A DNA stretch of 63,746 nt, filler included, from Vannella sp. (GCA_023345925.1; 8 parts of 8 records of this genome joined end to end with filler, not necessarily neighbours in it), one strand, 5' to 3'. Positions 34,696-49,760 are shown, numbered from the whole stretch's first letter. Program-made: numbers and translations. The notes: generated by a model from the letters alone, not told the origin.

Positions 34696-36465
34696 ATGTC
34701 CTCTAGCAAGGACGGGGAGCTAACGGATGTCGCTTTGGACGTTCTGCCAGTCTCTGTGGAGGCGAAGGATGTTCAGGAAGACGTGCAAGTGAGCGGGTGG
34801 ACCACTCAGTTCCATGAGAGGTTCCTGCGGCTGAGTTCGCCAGTGAACATGTGGATCTTCTTCACGTTTTGCAACTTTCTGAACTACATTGATCGCGGGG
34901 CCTTTGCAGGGTCTCTAGGAGCTATTGGAAACCAGTTTGACTTGAACAACACGCAAGAGGGCTTCTTGGGAGGTGGGTTTCAGCCTTCCAGACTGTTCCT
35001 GCTCATACTTAGCTCTCCTGTGCTGGTTAGCTTCGTTCATGATGGGTTACATGGTCTTTGCACCTCTATTTGGACACCTGTCGCGCAAGTATCGACCTGC
35101 TGCGCTCATGTCCATCGGTCTAGTCATTTGGTGCGTCGCTACGCTTGGTACAGGTACGTACAGGTAGAAAGCAGGCTCTATTGACTTCTCTCATCATCTG
35201 AAAAGGGGGCAGCTTCAACTTTTGGAGTATGATGAGCGCGCGTGCGGTCAGTGGGATCGGAGAAGCTTCTTTCATTGGTTTGGCTCCTACGTACATCGAC
35301 GACATTGCTCCCAAGAACCGTCAGTCCATGTGGCTAGCTATCTTCTTCTCTATGATCCCTATTGGTGCTGCAACGGGATACGGCATTGCCGGGATCTTCA
35401 CAGAATACCTCAATTGGCGATCAACTTTCCTTGTAGAAGGTTGGTTGCTGATCTGCTTCTCTCCAAGAGGTCACTGATAGTGTATCATACGTAGCTCTAT
35501 TCATGGCACCAATCGCACTGCTGTGCTGGTTCATTCCCAAGTCTGAAATGGTTTTGATGAGAGCCGGACTCTCTCCCAAAGTCCCAGACTCTCCCATTGA
35601 CCATGAGAAAGTGACTTTCTTCCGCTCTTTAGCAATGCTCTTCAGTAACCTGCGTTACATTACCATCGTGATGGGCTATTCAGCTGTAGTTGTGAGTGTC
35701 TTTCTTCTCACTGGCCGCCAATGCTCATGCCGAGCAGTTTGTAGCAGGGGCACTCTATTTCTGGGCCCCTGAGTACGTGACAGATGTTTTAGGACTTTCT
35801 GTGGTCCAGGCAGATCTCGGGATTGGGATTCTCACTGTCTTTTGTGGCCTGGTTGGCACAGCAATGGGAGGGTTCATTGTGGATCAAATGGGAGGGGGCG
35901 ACATCGTATCTGCTGGAGTTTGCCTTGTTTTTGCGACCCTTAGCTTCCCTCTGGCTCTGGCGGGATTCTTAGTACAAAACTACATCGCCTTCTTCATTCT
36001 GATGGGTTTATCAGAACTGATGATCTTCGCCATCACGTCACCAATCAACACTCTTTGTTTAAGGTAGGTTCCTCCTCATTTCTGACTGTCCTTGACACTG
36101 AATGGGATAGCATTGTCGAGACCGAGAATCGTTCATTCTCGATAACCATGCAAATCTTCTTTATCCACCTTTTGGGTGACTTTCCAAGTCCATTTGTGAT
36201 TGGAGTATGTCATGGCTACTTCCAAACAAAGAACGAAGGGACTAACTGGAGTCTGTAGGCCATTGCAGACAAAAGTGGAAGTCTGCGAACGGCAATGGTG
36301 TTCTGCTGTCTGTGGATGCTCTACGCCATTTTCTTCTTCAGCATCTCCTTTGTGGTCATCTACTCTTACTCAAAACGAGTGCCAAGAACCACCAACCGAT
36401 CCTCGAAGGAAATCAATTTGGCAACCACTCAAGTTTCTGTGGACTTGGGCGACCAATTCGTGTAG
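34696..36465 (+). CDS. SPNS: Spinster-family MFS transporter
   Basis: NFLNYIDRGAFAG, FAPLFGHLS, ARAVSGIGEASF..APTYIDD, FFSMIPIGAATGY, IHLLGDFPSPFVIG. About 7 introns. Confidence 0.9.
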
Positions 36466-36519
36466 AACACCCTCAGAAGGACACCCACTTGTATTTGTAA
36501 TGAGAACTTCTCCTTCCGG

Positions 36520-37172
36520 CTATTCCTTTGTCCACTTTGACAGGGGAAAGCAGAAGAAGAGCTTCCACAACCGAGTGGGAAGCAACGCAGTGATCGTGGT
36601 GATGGGAATCCAATAGCTTGCATTCACGAAGAAGAACGACCCAACCTAATTCCATCGGATCAGAACGGGACGGGCAAAGGGCCAGTAGGAAGAGAGGAAG
36701 CTCACACAATCGACTGGTTTGAGGATCAAATAGGACATCATGACGATGTTCATTCCAATGGCGAACCAGGAACAGAGCAGGAAGGACAGAAGAAGGAACA
36801 GTCCAACGAAATCCCGTTCATTCGATTCGGTATCGTCCCTAGTTGGAGGATTAGATCAGGGAATAGAGGAGAAGGAGGGGGGTGTCACCCTATTTGAAGG
36901 AAAGGAGTCTTCCGGTAGATGTGAGCGACAAACAGACCAATGAGGAGAAGCATGATGGCCTGAAGGAACCATGAAGACACCCAGTATGCTATCACAGAGT
37001 CATGGCACTCCTCCTCGTCAGGGTCGGAGTTCTGAGTGATCGACGCAATGCCCATCGTAGCCCCGAACAAGAGCCACAAGATCACCAGTGCCGTCATCAA
37101 AGACCCAACAATGACCTTACTCTTCATCGCGTGCAAGTTCAAAGGAACGATCACAGCATACGGAGAGGTCAT
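36520..37172 (-). CDS. Small multi-pass (about 4 TM) membrane protein, unknown function
   Basis: Three exons with hydrophobic helices joined by GT-AG introns. Confidence 0.6.
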
Positions 37173-37482
37173 GGTCAGAGAGCCGCCAAAGAATGGTCCA
37201 CCAAAGTCCTTCCCGACAAAAGGGTTCTTCGGAATGGAAGCTCCGTCCTTTCAACTGCTTGTTTTCGATCACAAATAGTGACGAACCGCACACTTACTAG
37301 CTACAGTAGGAGGAAACACAACAGTTGCCAGACTTGCGCTTGGGGAGGAAGTCTGATACCTGCTGATAAATCCCTTCCCTCTGCAACAGAGAAGAGGTAC
37401 CATTTGACACTGTGATGAGAGAGGAGCTCTTGAAAAGGGAAGCCGCTCGCTCCCTGAGATGGTTGAATACAATTCTGGAGAT

Positions 37483-39170
37483 TTAGTTGGAATGCCGAGG
37501 CTGCCCGCCCGGATGCACGTGATTCGGATTGATTGTTGTACATGGCAGTGCAGGTTCATCAGGAACAGTACCTGAAGGTGTCGAATCCTCCAAGGAAGAA
37601 GAGTGGCAAGAATCAGAGTTGGCGCCGATTCTAGATTCTGTTTGGGGTGCGAAGAAGAAGAGCCCTGCCATTACAAAGAGGCAGAGTCCTGCCACTAAAA
37701 TCATTCCACCAAGCATCCCGTAGGCTTCAATGATCATCCCATTCAGGTATGGAGATATTGCTCGACATAAACTGGATAGAGATCCTGCGATCCCCAGAAC
37801 GGTTCCAACTGATTTGGGAGAGGCAGATTTTGTGATAGTAGAGGTCAGACAGATGTTTTGCAGTCCCAAAGTGAATATTGTCGGCACCAGCAACACCAAA
37901 ACAAGACTGAAGTCTCCAGTTGCTCCTAATCCCAATACAGATACACTCAGAAGAATCAATGAGAAGCGAACTAGCTCAATCTCCCTGATGGATAACTATG
38001 AGTTGACCCATTCGATCGATTTGAGAATGTTCCACATACTTGAATGCCTTCGTGAGAGGTTCAATTAAGGCTCCCTGGATGACTACTTCCAAACCTGATT
38101 GGTAAGCCACTAAAAAGCCGTTCTGTCTCGAGTCCAAGTCATATTGTAAGAAGGCAAATTGGGAGAAGCAGGAATAGAAAGTGATGTGAATCTGAACGAA
38201 TAGTTAGAATGAAAGAACCCAACTCTTTGGTTCAACAAACGTACAAGAGATGCAAAGAACTGAATGGCCAAAAGATACATCAAAGACGCCGATTGGATTG
38301 TCTGGCGGACCATCTCCTTCAATGTAGCCCAGGACTCTTGTAATGGTGAGGAAATAATCGTAGGAGGCAACTTCAATGGGTCAGATACTTCTGACTCAGG
38401 CATCTTAGAGCTATTCAAGCTGCTTGAGGATTCTGGAAGGAAAAAGAGAACCAACACAAAGTCACCAGCAAAAAGGAAGCAAGCCACAAACACCGGGAAA
38501 TTCTTCCCAAACATCTCACTTGCTATTCCCCCCAGCGCAGGCCCAATAATGTATCCAATAGAGGCGGCTAATGGATCATCAGAAGGGAAAACAAACCTCC
38601 CACAGTAACTGTTACCTGTGCTAACGTAGCCAAGATATTTTGCGCGGTCTTGAGTTGAAGATATGTCCGATATGATTGTGTTGGAGATGAGCATTGTCTG
38701 TTTGAATAGGCCAACAGGTATCCGACTAGGAGGCTCTCAGTCAATCTCTGGCGCAGCTTAATTCATACCTCAGGAAGAGAGCCACTAAGCTACTTGCTTG
38801 GGTCATCATGAAATAGCTTGCCATGGCCCCTCCAATGGACAAGCAGAAGGTAAATCGGCGGCTGAACTTGTCACTAATCCTCCCCACTAAACTATGTGTT
38901 GGCCAAATGCTCCATCCATGAGAGTCTCTACCCACCTAATGCGGAACCAAACAGCTGCAGGATACCATAGAATGACCCCAAAGATCCAATAGTCTGAGCA
39001 TCAGCCCCCTTTAAATACAAACTCGTCAGGTCGCCTGACAAACCCATCACCCACGCAGCTCTCACCAGCTCCACCGCATAGAATGGTATCAGAGGAATGA
39101 CGAGTCCCACGCTCAAAATATCAATGAATACGATGCACAGCAAGGCCAGAACCCTTCGGTCGTGCCCCAA
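37483..39170 (-). CDS. MFS DHA1/TetA-like transporter (MFSD9/SLC22A18-like); start codon unresolved
   Basis: VFIDILSVGLVIPLIP, GSFYGILQLFGS, GRISDKFSRR (motif A), GYIIGPALGG, SLCRAISP. Confidence 0.85.
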
Positions 39171-39320
39171 CCAAGGTCGGTCTCCACTCCCAAAACCTCC
39201 ATAATGATTAAATGAACAATATTATAATTAGGAAAGCAAGAATTACCGAAGAACCAATTTCCAGACTCCTGGTCTTTGATTGGCTGGGAGCCCTGTTAGT
39301 TTTCGTCAGTATTTCGTGGG

Positions 39321-39866
39321 ATGGAGGACGAGCACATGGACGACGTGGAGAATGGAGAGGAGGAGATTATCACCTCCTTGGCCAACCCTGAGATCACTGA
39401 CAAGTACAAAATCGCCGCAACTATTGCCAACAGTGCACTCGCCTTTGTTGCTGCACAGTGCGTTCCTGGTGCTTCGGTTCTGGCTCTCTGCCAGGGTGGT
39501 GATGACTACATTCGTGCGGAATGTGCCAAGGTTTGCCAAAAGCAGAAGAACATCCTTAAGGGAGTGTCCTTCCCCACCTCGATCTCTTTGAACAACACTG
39601 CAGCCAACTTCAGCCCTCTCAAGGGCGATCCTGAGGTCCTGATCAAAGAGGGCGATATCGTCAAGATGTATGCCTATTCCTGTCATTGTGTATCTCTCTG
39701 ACATGATTTTTAGCGATCTTGGCGCCCACATCGACGGTTTGGTTTCCCAAATCGGCCACACCCTGGTCGCTACCTCTAACCCTGCTGAGCCCATCGTTGG
39801 CCGCAAGGCTGATGTTATTTGCGCCGCCCATTTTGCTGCCGTTTATTCGCGGTACCTTTAGATAAA
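39321..39866 (+). CDS. PA2G4: Proliferation-associated protein 2G4 / EBP1 (partial, cut by contig end)
   Basis: DKYKIAATIAN, LCQGGD, KGVSFPTSISLNN..FSPL, EGDIVK, DLGAHIDG, GRKADVICAAH. Confidence 0.9.
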
Positions 39867-40243
39867 NNNNNNNNNNNNNNNNNNNNNNNNNNNNNNNNNN
39901 NNNNNNNNNNTTAATTAATTAANNNNNNNNNNNNNNNNNNNNNNNNNNNNNNNNNNNNNNNNNNNNTGGGCATGTTGTTAACAATGAAGGAGTGTTTGCG
40001 ATAAGGAATGAGAGCCAAAACAGGTACGCGATGGTCAGTGAGTGTCCGAGGAATTCGGGGTCATGCTTTGGGAAGGGCTCTGTCAAGCATGAACGCGAGA
40101 TCATACAATTTTGAAGTGAATGGCAGTAGCCTGAGTGGCGATGCCCGTGGCAGCTCCATTGAACCACTTGCTGCTGTAAGTCTCAGAGGAGGGCTGCCTT
40201 GACGGAAGAGAAGAATGCCTCAACAACCCCCAGAAGGACAAGT

Positions 40244-43200
40244 GATGGAGTACAAGAGACGTGTTGTATCAGATTCTCTTTTCTTGTCAGTTGGTCGCCT
40301 TCTTTGAGGATGCCGCGGGTCGTTGTGCCGGAAGGGCGGTCTCCCTCGCTGGTGTTGGAGGACAGTGGCTCTCGGAGGGCTCAAAGAGTACAGATCTACG
40401 GGGGCTTTAAGCAGTTCCTCTTGTCGTCCAGTTCGCTGTGAGAGCGCCTCCTTTGCATGAACCGCCCACTTACCGCAGGGCTCTCTGGGGATCAGGCAAG
40501 GCGCTGAGGGGCAAAGTGACTGCACAGGAGTCTGGATGCAGTTCATGCACGCCATGGAGAGCCAGCCCACGCAGGTGAGCAGGTTCACGACCTTTCAGAG
40601 TTGTATTGAAGCCTCCGTAGTGCGCAGAGCCTCTTCGCCAGTTCCTTCAGTTCTTCAACCCAAAGATGCTTCAGTGGCATGAAGAGTTCGTCGTGGAGCG
40701 CCTGTGGAGACCAGAAGTGGCAGCCAAAAGCTTCCAGCTTCCACTTCTCACTCCAGCAGACGGCAATAGGATGATGCAGCTGTTTGAAACATGTGCTACA
40801 ACAACGATATCTGCCTTGCGTAGTCAGAGACCTCTTGAGCGCCTACTGGCAGTCGAAATCCTCTCTCTTCTCAACTTACTCACGCGACCGCCAGACAACC
40901 ACCGGTTCCTCCGTCACTCTTCGCTTCTCGAGCTCTGTTTACAACTCCTTAAGGCCGTAGCAAGCACACCTCGCCTCTTCTTTGCCACGGACGCGATGGC
41001 GCCTCTTCCCGAAGCCTCCTTCTCCGTGGCGGTGTTCCGGGGACAGCAGATCATGCAACTCATTGCTGCCAACTCGCTCCAGATCATCACTAACCTTCTC
41101 TCCTTCCTCGGGTACTGGGGCACGAACGGGGTGGCGATTGCAGACAAACAGTTGGCTGCCCAGTACAAGAATGAGCTCCTTCGTGGGGACTTTGGCGGAG
41201 TCCTTGAGAGTGGGTACTCCCTTGGTGCTGAATGAGGTATCTGACATGGAGTGACAGCTTATCTACGCCAATTGGCTGGGGTTGCTGCAAGGAATCCTGG
41301 AAAGCGGTTAATCGGTAGTCAGGGGGACATGCTGCAGATGGTACTCAGCGCTGTAGGAGTCTATCTATTTGACTTTACCGCTGGCAAGCAGAGTGTGAAA
41401 GAGGGAGGCCTTTTGGGTCAAGTAATTGACATTCTGGGATGGCCTTTGGTCCTTTCATCGGCGGAAGACAAGTACGAGAAGCGGGGTGCCTTGATGCAGA
41501 CTAATTCCTGATAGCTCTATCATCACACTGACAACAGAGCCATCCCTGGCTCAACAATTCAACATTCAGCTCAGCGCAATCCGCGTCCTTCTGGAAGCAT
41601 CGTGAGGTCTCCCCCTCACTGGTTGACAGGCTTTCTTACGTCTCCATAGCACTGGTCAAATGGTGAATACCCAGCGCATCAATGAGTTAGGAGGTTGGGC
41701 CAAACTCATTGATGTGGTGCTTTGGGTAACGGAAGTCTTTTCGATCAATCCTTTGCTTTCCCCGTCTATCACTCAGGCGGACCCAATCTCTTCTGATCCA
41801 CAGGAGCTTCCTCCTCCTTTACAGGCAGCATCAGCAGTAAAGCAAGGGCGAACCCCCCAGCTGAAGCAGCTTTTTGAAGTGATCTATAATCTCTGCATTT
41901 GCTCTCTCAATTCAGTCTCCCGTCGACGCCCACGGTCTACCAGCAACAATGGGAGCCAGAAAGAGCTTTCTGTCTCTCCTGATCTCAACCGGGCTGTATT
42001 TAGCGCCATTATTGATCTTTTCAACAAGGACGTGCGCCACAGCAAAGCAGCTGCTCGTGTCAGGAGACGCTCAGAAGAGGAGATGCCTGAGTTACAAACT
42101 CACATTCTGGAAACAATCGTGAACGTCATCCAAAACTACGGGCCTGCTGTCGTTCTCTGCAGCAAAGATCGCTTCTGGGAGGCTCTGTTTTCCAGTAGCT
42201 TCTACTATTGCGGATACGAAGAAGCCCTTTTCGGTGGGCTGCAACTTAGTGCTGAAGTAAAACAAAAAGGAAACGAGCAGCAATGGTACTTTCAGAAGCT
42301 GCACCAGCAAGTTCTCCTCTTCATGAAGTTTACTGGAGCTCTTCCCGACCACAATAATGTTTTTGAATGCGTCAAGTTGTTGAACTTGATTGATTGCTAT
42401 CATTATGATGCGGAGCAGCTTCTGGGTCTCTTTACCATGCTCGAAACCTTCTTCACCCAAAAGCTGGAAGTCACACAGTCAGCTCTTGGGCGCATCAGCG
42501 CGATGCCCATTCTTTTTGCGTGCATGGAGAAGCAACAGGCCACTTACGCTCAGATGAAAAAGCTCTCCCCTGAAGAGTTAAAGCAAATGGGGCTATCTTT
42601 AGATATCCATCTCCGTGCTCGCCAGGCAGGGCTTTCTGTCCTTATGCCTTTCTTCCAAGACAATGAAGAGGCCCGCACACAATTTCTGGATAGTGACAGC
42701 ATGATAGAGATTTTGCTCAGCTTCTTGAGAGAACCGGACTTGCGAGAGAATGCCCTTAAGCTAACAATATCACTAATGACACCATCTGGTTCGCCTCCCC
42801 AACGCAGCAAGAGTCTGACCTCTCTCTACGCAATGTATCTGAAGGAATTCCGGCGCACCCAAGAAGGGACGAGTGACGAAGAGTTCAATCTCCTCTTGGT
42901 CCTTTTACATGGTATTCGCACTCTTGTCAGCAAAGTACCAAAATCACGCAGTCTCTTGAGGGATACAGGTGCCTTTCTTAACATTACGAGTGTACTGAAC
43001 ACAGAAGAGCGATTGGAAAGGCTGCCTGAACTCTGTATTGAAGTATTCAAGACACTACTTTGTCTGATGGCTGGAAGTGAGAAGAACAAAGCTCACATGC
43101 AACAGGACATTGGCTACGATCAATTAGTAGCTCTGGCTCTTCGTGCACTGGCAAGTGATAAGGAAAGCAAGCTTCTCCATCACTTTGTGCCTCTCATGTT

Positions 43201-46200
43201 TGACCTTTTAGTCGATGGCCGCTTCGAGCTTGAAACTCGCTATGTCATCCAAAACCCTGATGTGATAGACTTCATGTTGGAAGTCTCTTTGCATATGCCC
43301 CCTCGGCAACGCCACGAACTATTTGATACTTTCATTGCTCTCGTGGATAAGTGCCCATTGAATAGGTCACTTTGCTGTGAGAGACAATTGATCTTCCAGC
43401 TTTTAGAGTTGATTCCTCGCTCTAATGTGCGAGCAGATGATGAGCTTCTCCAGCGAATCTACTCTCTAATTGAGCTTTTGGGGGTTCACAGTATCACAGT
43501 GAAAGAGCTCAAGAAGCAATTCCTTCTTCTGAAGAGCCGCCCAGGTGACTTCCGCCCCCTCGGGCAGATTCGTTTGATGAAAGCTTTGCAATTTATGGCT
43601 TTATCCCGCACTATTGGCCCTCTCACTTTCTTTGACTTCAACGGCAAGTCCTCTGCCTTGGAGCTCCCTCCTCTAGACAAGTGGCCCAGAAGTAATGGAT
43701 ACACTTTCTGCCTTTGGATCCGGGTGGAGAGTCTCCCTGAGTCTAGTTCTTCCCAAGGACAACAAACTGCCACACCTCGAATCGTGAGCTTCCTTGATGC
43801 GGAAGGGTTCGGTCTGGAGCTGTATCTCACTCGGGACACGGAACGCAGCGGGACTCAGACTCGCTTCTTCTTGGAGCTGTCGGTTGCCAGCTCCTCTGGC
43901 AAGTCCCTCGTCCATCGATTCACCTCTACCTCCATGGAGCTACGACGTTGGTACTTTGTAACCATCTCACATGCCAACTCCATCAAACTGAGACTGAAAG
44001 ATGCTGAACTGAACCTCCACATTAACGGCAAGTTCCGCGAGAAAGCCCTCTTCCGCTACCCGCAATTCCCGCCTATGTTGAACCGAGTTTGTATTGGAAG
44101 TAACTTTGCTGTGAATGGAGCTGGCCGCCGCCTCCCCAAATGTAACTACTTCCACGGCCAGATGGGTCCGTTTGTGCTTTTTGATGATGCTGTGACTCTT
44201 GCTCAAGCTGAATTCCTCTTTAACACCACCAATGAGCTCCTCCGCTGCGGAACAGCTTGCTTCGCCGAGTTGGAATCAAAGTTGGTTCTCTATTACAACA
44301 GCAACGCTCACTCTGGCAAGAAATTCTTGGATTTGACTCCAGAGCACCAAAGAGAACGTCGCATGGACGCTCTCATGAAGGGAAAGCTCTATTCTTGCAG
44401 TACTCCCGATGTCAAAGACACAATTCATTGTCTGGGAGGCATCCAAGTCCTTTTCCCGATCTTTGCCCAGCTGGACCAGCCCGAAGAGCTTCGAGCGCCA
44501 GATGACCCAATCGATTATACAGTGGACTCACGCCTCCTCTTGCAAGCTCTAGCATTACTAGGAGACATGCTCTTCAAGAGCGAGACCAATCAAGCGGAAA
44601 TGCTGCGTTGTCAAGGCTTCACAGTGATTGGATGGTTGCTAGAGCGAGCTTCTCCCGCCCACATGACAAGCGAAGTCATTGTAACGTTAGAAGACCTTGC
44701 GCACAAGATTGAAGGCAATCCCAAGTTGCAAAAGGAGTTCTGGCAAGCGATTGTGGGCCGATGGTCTCTTTGGCTTTATACTCCGCCTCGGGTTCATTGG
44801 GAAGCGCTCAAATTCCTCAGCCAAGCCGTGCATACTCAACCTTCTGTACTACGTCGTGTGATTGGGGTTACTCGGCTGTTAGATGCGCTCTATTTCTACT
44901 ATTGGTACGAACCCCGCGGCCTTGGACTCCAAGCTCAATCGGAGATTGTCCGTCACCCAGTGACTGGGATTGAAGTCGGAAGGCGTCCTGATCAGAAAGA
45001 GCTCTCTTCACTTCGGGCATTCCTGTTCAGTGCCATCCAATCCATGGTGGCTGAAGGGACAACAGAGGCAGAAACGCAAGCGCTACTGGCTGCTTTAGTC
45101 GAGACTGTTGATGTCAAGCAATTGCGGGAGCTTTTGGACTTTGTGCATGCTCTACTGGTGGCCGAAATTCCTCAATTTGCTGCTCAGCTCTTGCAACAAG
45201 GAGATATCTCCATCTTCCTCATGCTGCTTCACCATGAAGACGAAGAAGTTCTTGTCCGTTCGCTGCTCATTGTTGCAATCTTACTTCATGCTCAAGATGC
45301 CCCACCGGGTGACGCAGAACACCAGCAGATAGGATTTGTCTTAGACCGCTGTAATCTCCGTATTTATGGTATTCTCTTCAACTTACTGGTGGGTGTCATT
45401 AGCCTCCGTCCCGAAGCAATCGATGGAGACACTCTTATCCAACACATTCACATGCTCCCTGTCATCTTAGGACTCATTCTCAGAGCGGAAGACTTTGTGA
45501 GGCAAAAGGCACTCCAAGATATTTATCTTCTTTGCGGCTCAGCAGTGAACTGCGCTGTCATTCTCGAATCCTGCCAGTGGGTCCACCTCCTTCTGGACCT
45601 GATTGCGGATCAATACTCCTCTCCCTCTACGGAGAGTAGCGCATTGATAGTCACAGAGCTTATCTATAACATCTTCAAAGTCCTCATCCTCTATGCTGGA
45701 CAGTCGGAGAGTATTTCCCAATTCAAACTGATCCAACAGATTGTATTGACGGGAGTTTACTATGAATCGCAAGGATTGATCTCCCAAGAAGTGTTCTTAC
45801 GAACCCTTTACACCAAACTTCTTCGCGCCTGGAGAACAGATGTCGCAGCGAATCCTCCTTTACTATCCACCCCTTCGACGCCAAATGACTCAGCAGCTTT
45901 GAATGTCTCCGACTTGGTCCGTTTTCTGGGCCTTTTCGAACAGTTCCTGTTCTACACACCCAAGCCAGAGGACATTTTACGGCTTCAAAGCAAAGTGAAG
46001 ATGAAAGAGGCTTTCGGTCTGAATCAATCCACAAACTCGATTAACTCTCCACCCGGGACACCTCCTCACAGGAAAGGCACGGCAACACCAGATGGCGTTA
46101 TAACTTATTCTCCCTCCAAAGTAGTCTCCTGGATGAGTTTCCATTTGGACCCTGAGGACAAGTCCAAATGGAGGGACTTGGAGATTTCTTTGCTCCTTTT

Positions 46201-49200
46201 CGATCTTCTTCGGCACATCAATCTTTACCAATTTTTGACTTCTCCGCGCGTCAAACAAGCTGGAAAGGCAGCAGAAAAGGCTACGGAGACCCGAACCACG
46301 CCCCAGTTCCTGCTTTTGAGGATATCCATGAATATTTTAAGGTTTGGTCCAGCTAGTGCCTGTGCAGAGACAATTCCCTACATTAGAGATCTATTGAGGA
46401 TAGATAACGGGAAGAAAGCCACTCCACGAACACTCTTTACCCTTCAACATCTTCTCCGGATTCTCAATGATTGTGTAGCACTCACTCCCTCCTCTCCCGA
46501 GTCCATTGACAAGGCCAAAGTGCTGCTTCCACTGGCCAAAGAGCTCCTTTTTAGCGCGTTGCCCTCTCTCCCCTCCAGCCTTTCCCAGCATCGAGCTGCA
46601 TTCCTCTCTCAAGAGAGTTTCTCGGACTTTCAAAATGCCATTGGTGACGACGGTTGGGCCGCTGCCCACGTTTGGGCCACTCAACAAGCCTACACTATGG
46701 CGCAAGAAGAGCGCTCTTACTGTGTGGTCTTAGATAAGCGGTACTTGAAGAACATTCAACTCATTCTCCACACTCTCCAGCAAATAGACATTGCCAGGGA
46801 ACGCCGGAATCAGGTTATCACGGCAGGATTCACTGATATGCACACTTCCTTGCTCAAGAATGAAGTAGAAAGGAAACTGGACGTGACTAGAGCTCGAGAA
46901 GATCTCCTGGCTCTCACTCGTCGCTCCTGGAGGAATATTCTCCGCTCTCTTACGAACGAACGGGGTCCCTGGGCCTTGTCAGATGAAGGAAAGATTCATT
47001 GGAAGTTAGACAAAGCCGAGAACTACTCCAGAATGCGCCTCAAGTTAAAGCGCAACTATCATTTTGACTTGCACGCGGATGCCGCTCGTACAGAAATCGC
47101 CACTGACTCACAGAGCGAAGACGAACCCTTGCCCCTTCGCTTGCATTCTGGCATGAAGTTAACCATGGAACTGGACGAGTCCGATGCAGAAGAAGTCCTC
47201 CTCCTCCCCGAGCCCGAGCCAGAATTGAACGAGGCACCCCTTCCACAAGTAGTGGAAGAACGGGTGATTTTCTCTACCATTTGCGAGCTAATCACACCTC
47301 TGAAAGCCACTCCTGGAAAGCTAGAAATCAGTACAACCTTCCTCTCCTTCCGAGAGATCCTCCCAGCCGAAGAAGTCATTGGGGAAGCACCAAAAGTTCT
47401 CGCAAAAGAGCTGCGAATGCCTCTGGATACCGTCAAAGGCATCCACCTTCGCCGCTATCTCCTCCGGCGGTCTGCGTTGGAAATTTTCCAAGTCAATCGC
47501 CGGAACTTCTTCTTTTCTTTCCCTGAGAAGCGGGACAGAGGCAGGGTCTACAGCAAGTTACTTTCGCTCCGGCCTCCCTCCTTGACCTACACTGAGAGTG
47601 GCTCACCTGCCTCTGTTCTGAGACGACTTGGTATCACACGGCGCTGGCAACTACGACAACTCAGTAACTTTGACTATCTCATGCACTTGAATACTATTGC
47701 AGGGCGCTCATTCAATGACTTGGCCCAATATCCCGTCTTCCCTTGGGTCATCTCAGACTACTCCTCAGCCACATTGGATTTGTCTAATCCCGCCATCTAC
47801 CGCGACCTATCCCGCCCTATTGGAGCTCTCAATCATGACAGATGTGAAGAACTGGTGATGCGTTATGAGGCCTTTGACGACCCGTACATTCCCAAGTTCC
47901 ACCATGGCTCCCACTATTCCACCTCCGGCATTGTTCTCTTCTATCTCATTCGAATGGAACCGTTCACCACTCATTTCCTTAAACTGCAAGGTGGCCGCTT
48001 CGACCACGCCGACAGAATGTTCGCTTCCATCGCTGGGTGCTGGAAGAACATGCTTTTCGGATCTGCGGATGTCAAGGAACTGATTCCCGAGTTCTTCTGC
48101 CTTCCTGACTTCCTGACCAACCGGAATCGGTTCAATTTGGGACAGCGAGACAGTGGAGATGCGTTAGATGACGTCCAGCTCCCCCCGTGGGCCAACGGAA
48201 GCCCAGAAGAGTTCATTCGGATCCAAAGAGCAGCGTTGGAGTCCGATTATGTGTCCGAGCACCTCCACGAATGGATTGATCTCATTTTTGGATACAAACA
48301 GCGCGGGCCAGCAGCAGTGGAAGCCAGGAATGTCTTCTACTACCTCACTTACGAAGGAGCAGTCGACCTGGACGCCATTACTAATGACGACGAAAAGGCC
48401 GCGACTATCTCCCAGATCGAGAACTTTGGCCAAACACCTTCGCAGCTCCTCAGCAAGCCCCATCCGAAGCGGCTAGCAGCCGGAGACGTCCCTCCCACCT
48501 ATTTAGAAAAGGTCGATCGAATGTCTGAGCTCCTCTTGAGCCAAATGCGTTACCCATCCGACAGCGGCACGATGCGTTCGCCGTACCGCAGCGTCTTTAC
48601 GCCGGTGCCAGTCCATACTGACGCGATTGCGTTTGTGTGCGACCTTTCAAACCACTTCCGGACTCTTCCAATCCGCGAGGTGGACCAGGGCCAGTCTGAC
48701 ACCATCGTGGTTGTGACAGAGAGTCGCTTTGCAAGCTACTGGAAGGTAACAGCGACCTCGGGATCTCTGGGAGTGCCTGTATTTGGCCTAGAAGCGGAAG
48801 GAAACTTCCCCACCACCCGAAAGATTGGCGGTCCCTTCGCTGCCGGACTAGCCGTTGGAGGCCATCTCTTCGCTTGCTCCCGGGATGGGGCGATGATACT
48901 CAGCTGTGGCCATTGGGATAGCAGCATCAAGTGCACTTGGATCAACCAGACTCACCCTCAGCAGTCCCTCAACAAGCACAAAGACATCGTAACGTGCCTC
49001 TCCATCGGCGCAGATGGCAACACCTTCGTCACTGGATCGCGTGACACCACCGTTCTGGTCTGGCATCTTCTTTATCAGAAAGGAGTAGCTTATCGCGTGG
49101 AAGAGGTGCCCGTTCACACTCTCTACGGACACAATGACGACGTAAGACGTTTCTGTGGCGAAAGATCTCGACTAACTCAGCGGGGAAGGTCACCTGCGTT

Positions 49201-49760
49201 GCTGTGGAAACGGGATTGGATGTGTGCGTAAGTGGGAGTAAGGATGGGACCTGCATCGTTCACAACCTCCAACGCGGCGTGTATTTGAGGTCGATTCACC
49301 ATCCCACAGGACTGCCGATCACGCTAGTGGCAGTCTCCTCGTTGGGCCACGTTGTGTTCTACTCCAAGGAGGATCTAATCCTTCATGTGTATGATATCAA
49401 CGGGACCGCAATCACTTGCTACGACGTCCCAGAGAGGCTGGAGCAGATCTATGTTCCCCTTCCTGGGCGCCACGTGATCACTGCAGCTAAGGATGGTACA
49501 CTGACCATTCGAGAGATCCACTCGTACGTAGTCTCTTCAATAGAGGGTGCGGGCCTCCTCTGACCTCTTCTTGTAGGAAACGCGTCCTTCAAAGAGTTCC
49601 TGTGCCCCATCGCGTGCTCTCTCTGACTGTCTCTGCTGACGAGCAGACTCTCATTGCTGCCCTCAGCGATGGTCACATTCTCTTTCTCTCCCTCGTCGCA
49701 GAGGCACCAGAAGAAGGCCATTCAACCAATTCGCCTGCGACAGACCCGCGAAACCTGTAA
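40244..49760 (+). CDS. BEACH-domain protein (Lvs/NBEAL/LRBA-like): ARM, ConA-like, DUF4704-type region, PH-BEACH, WD40
   Basis: RRYLLRRSALEIF, SNFDYLMHLNTIAGRSFNDLAQYPVFPWV, HGSHYS, DVKELIPEFF, LPPWA, WIDLIFGYKQRG, FGQTPSQL, WD40 repeats. 5' exon structure is approximate. Confidence 0.92.

Noticed and set aside
41660..49231. 7.5-kb uninterrupted ORF as viral or horizontally acquired DNA
   Set aside because: It is a large internal exon of an ordinary BEACH gene with spliced exons on both sides.
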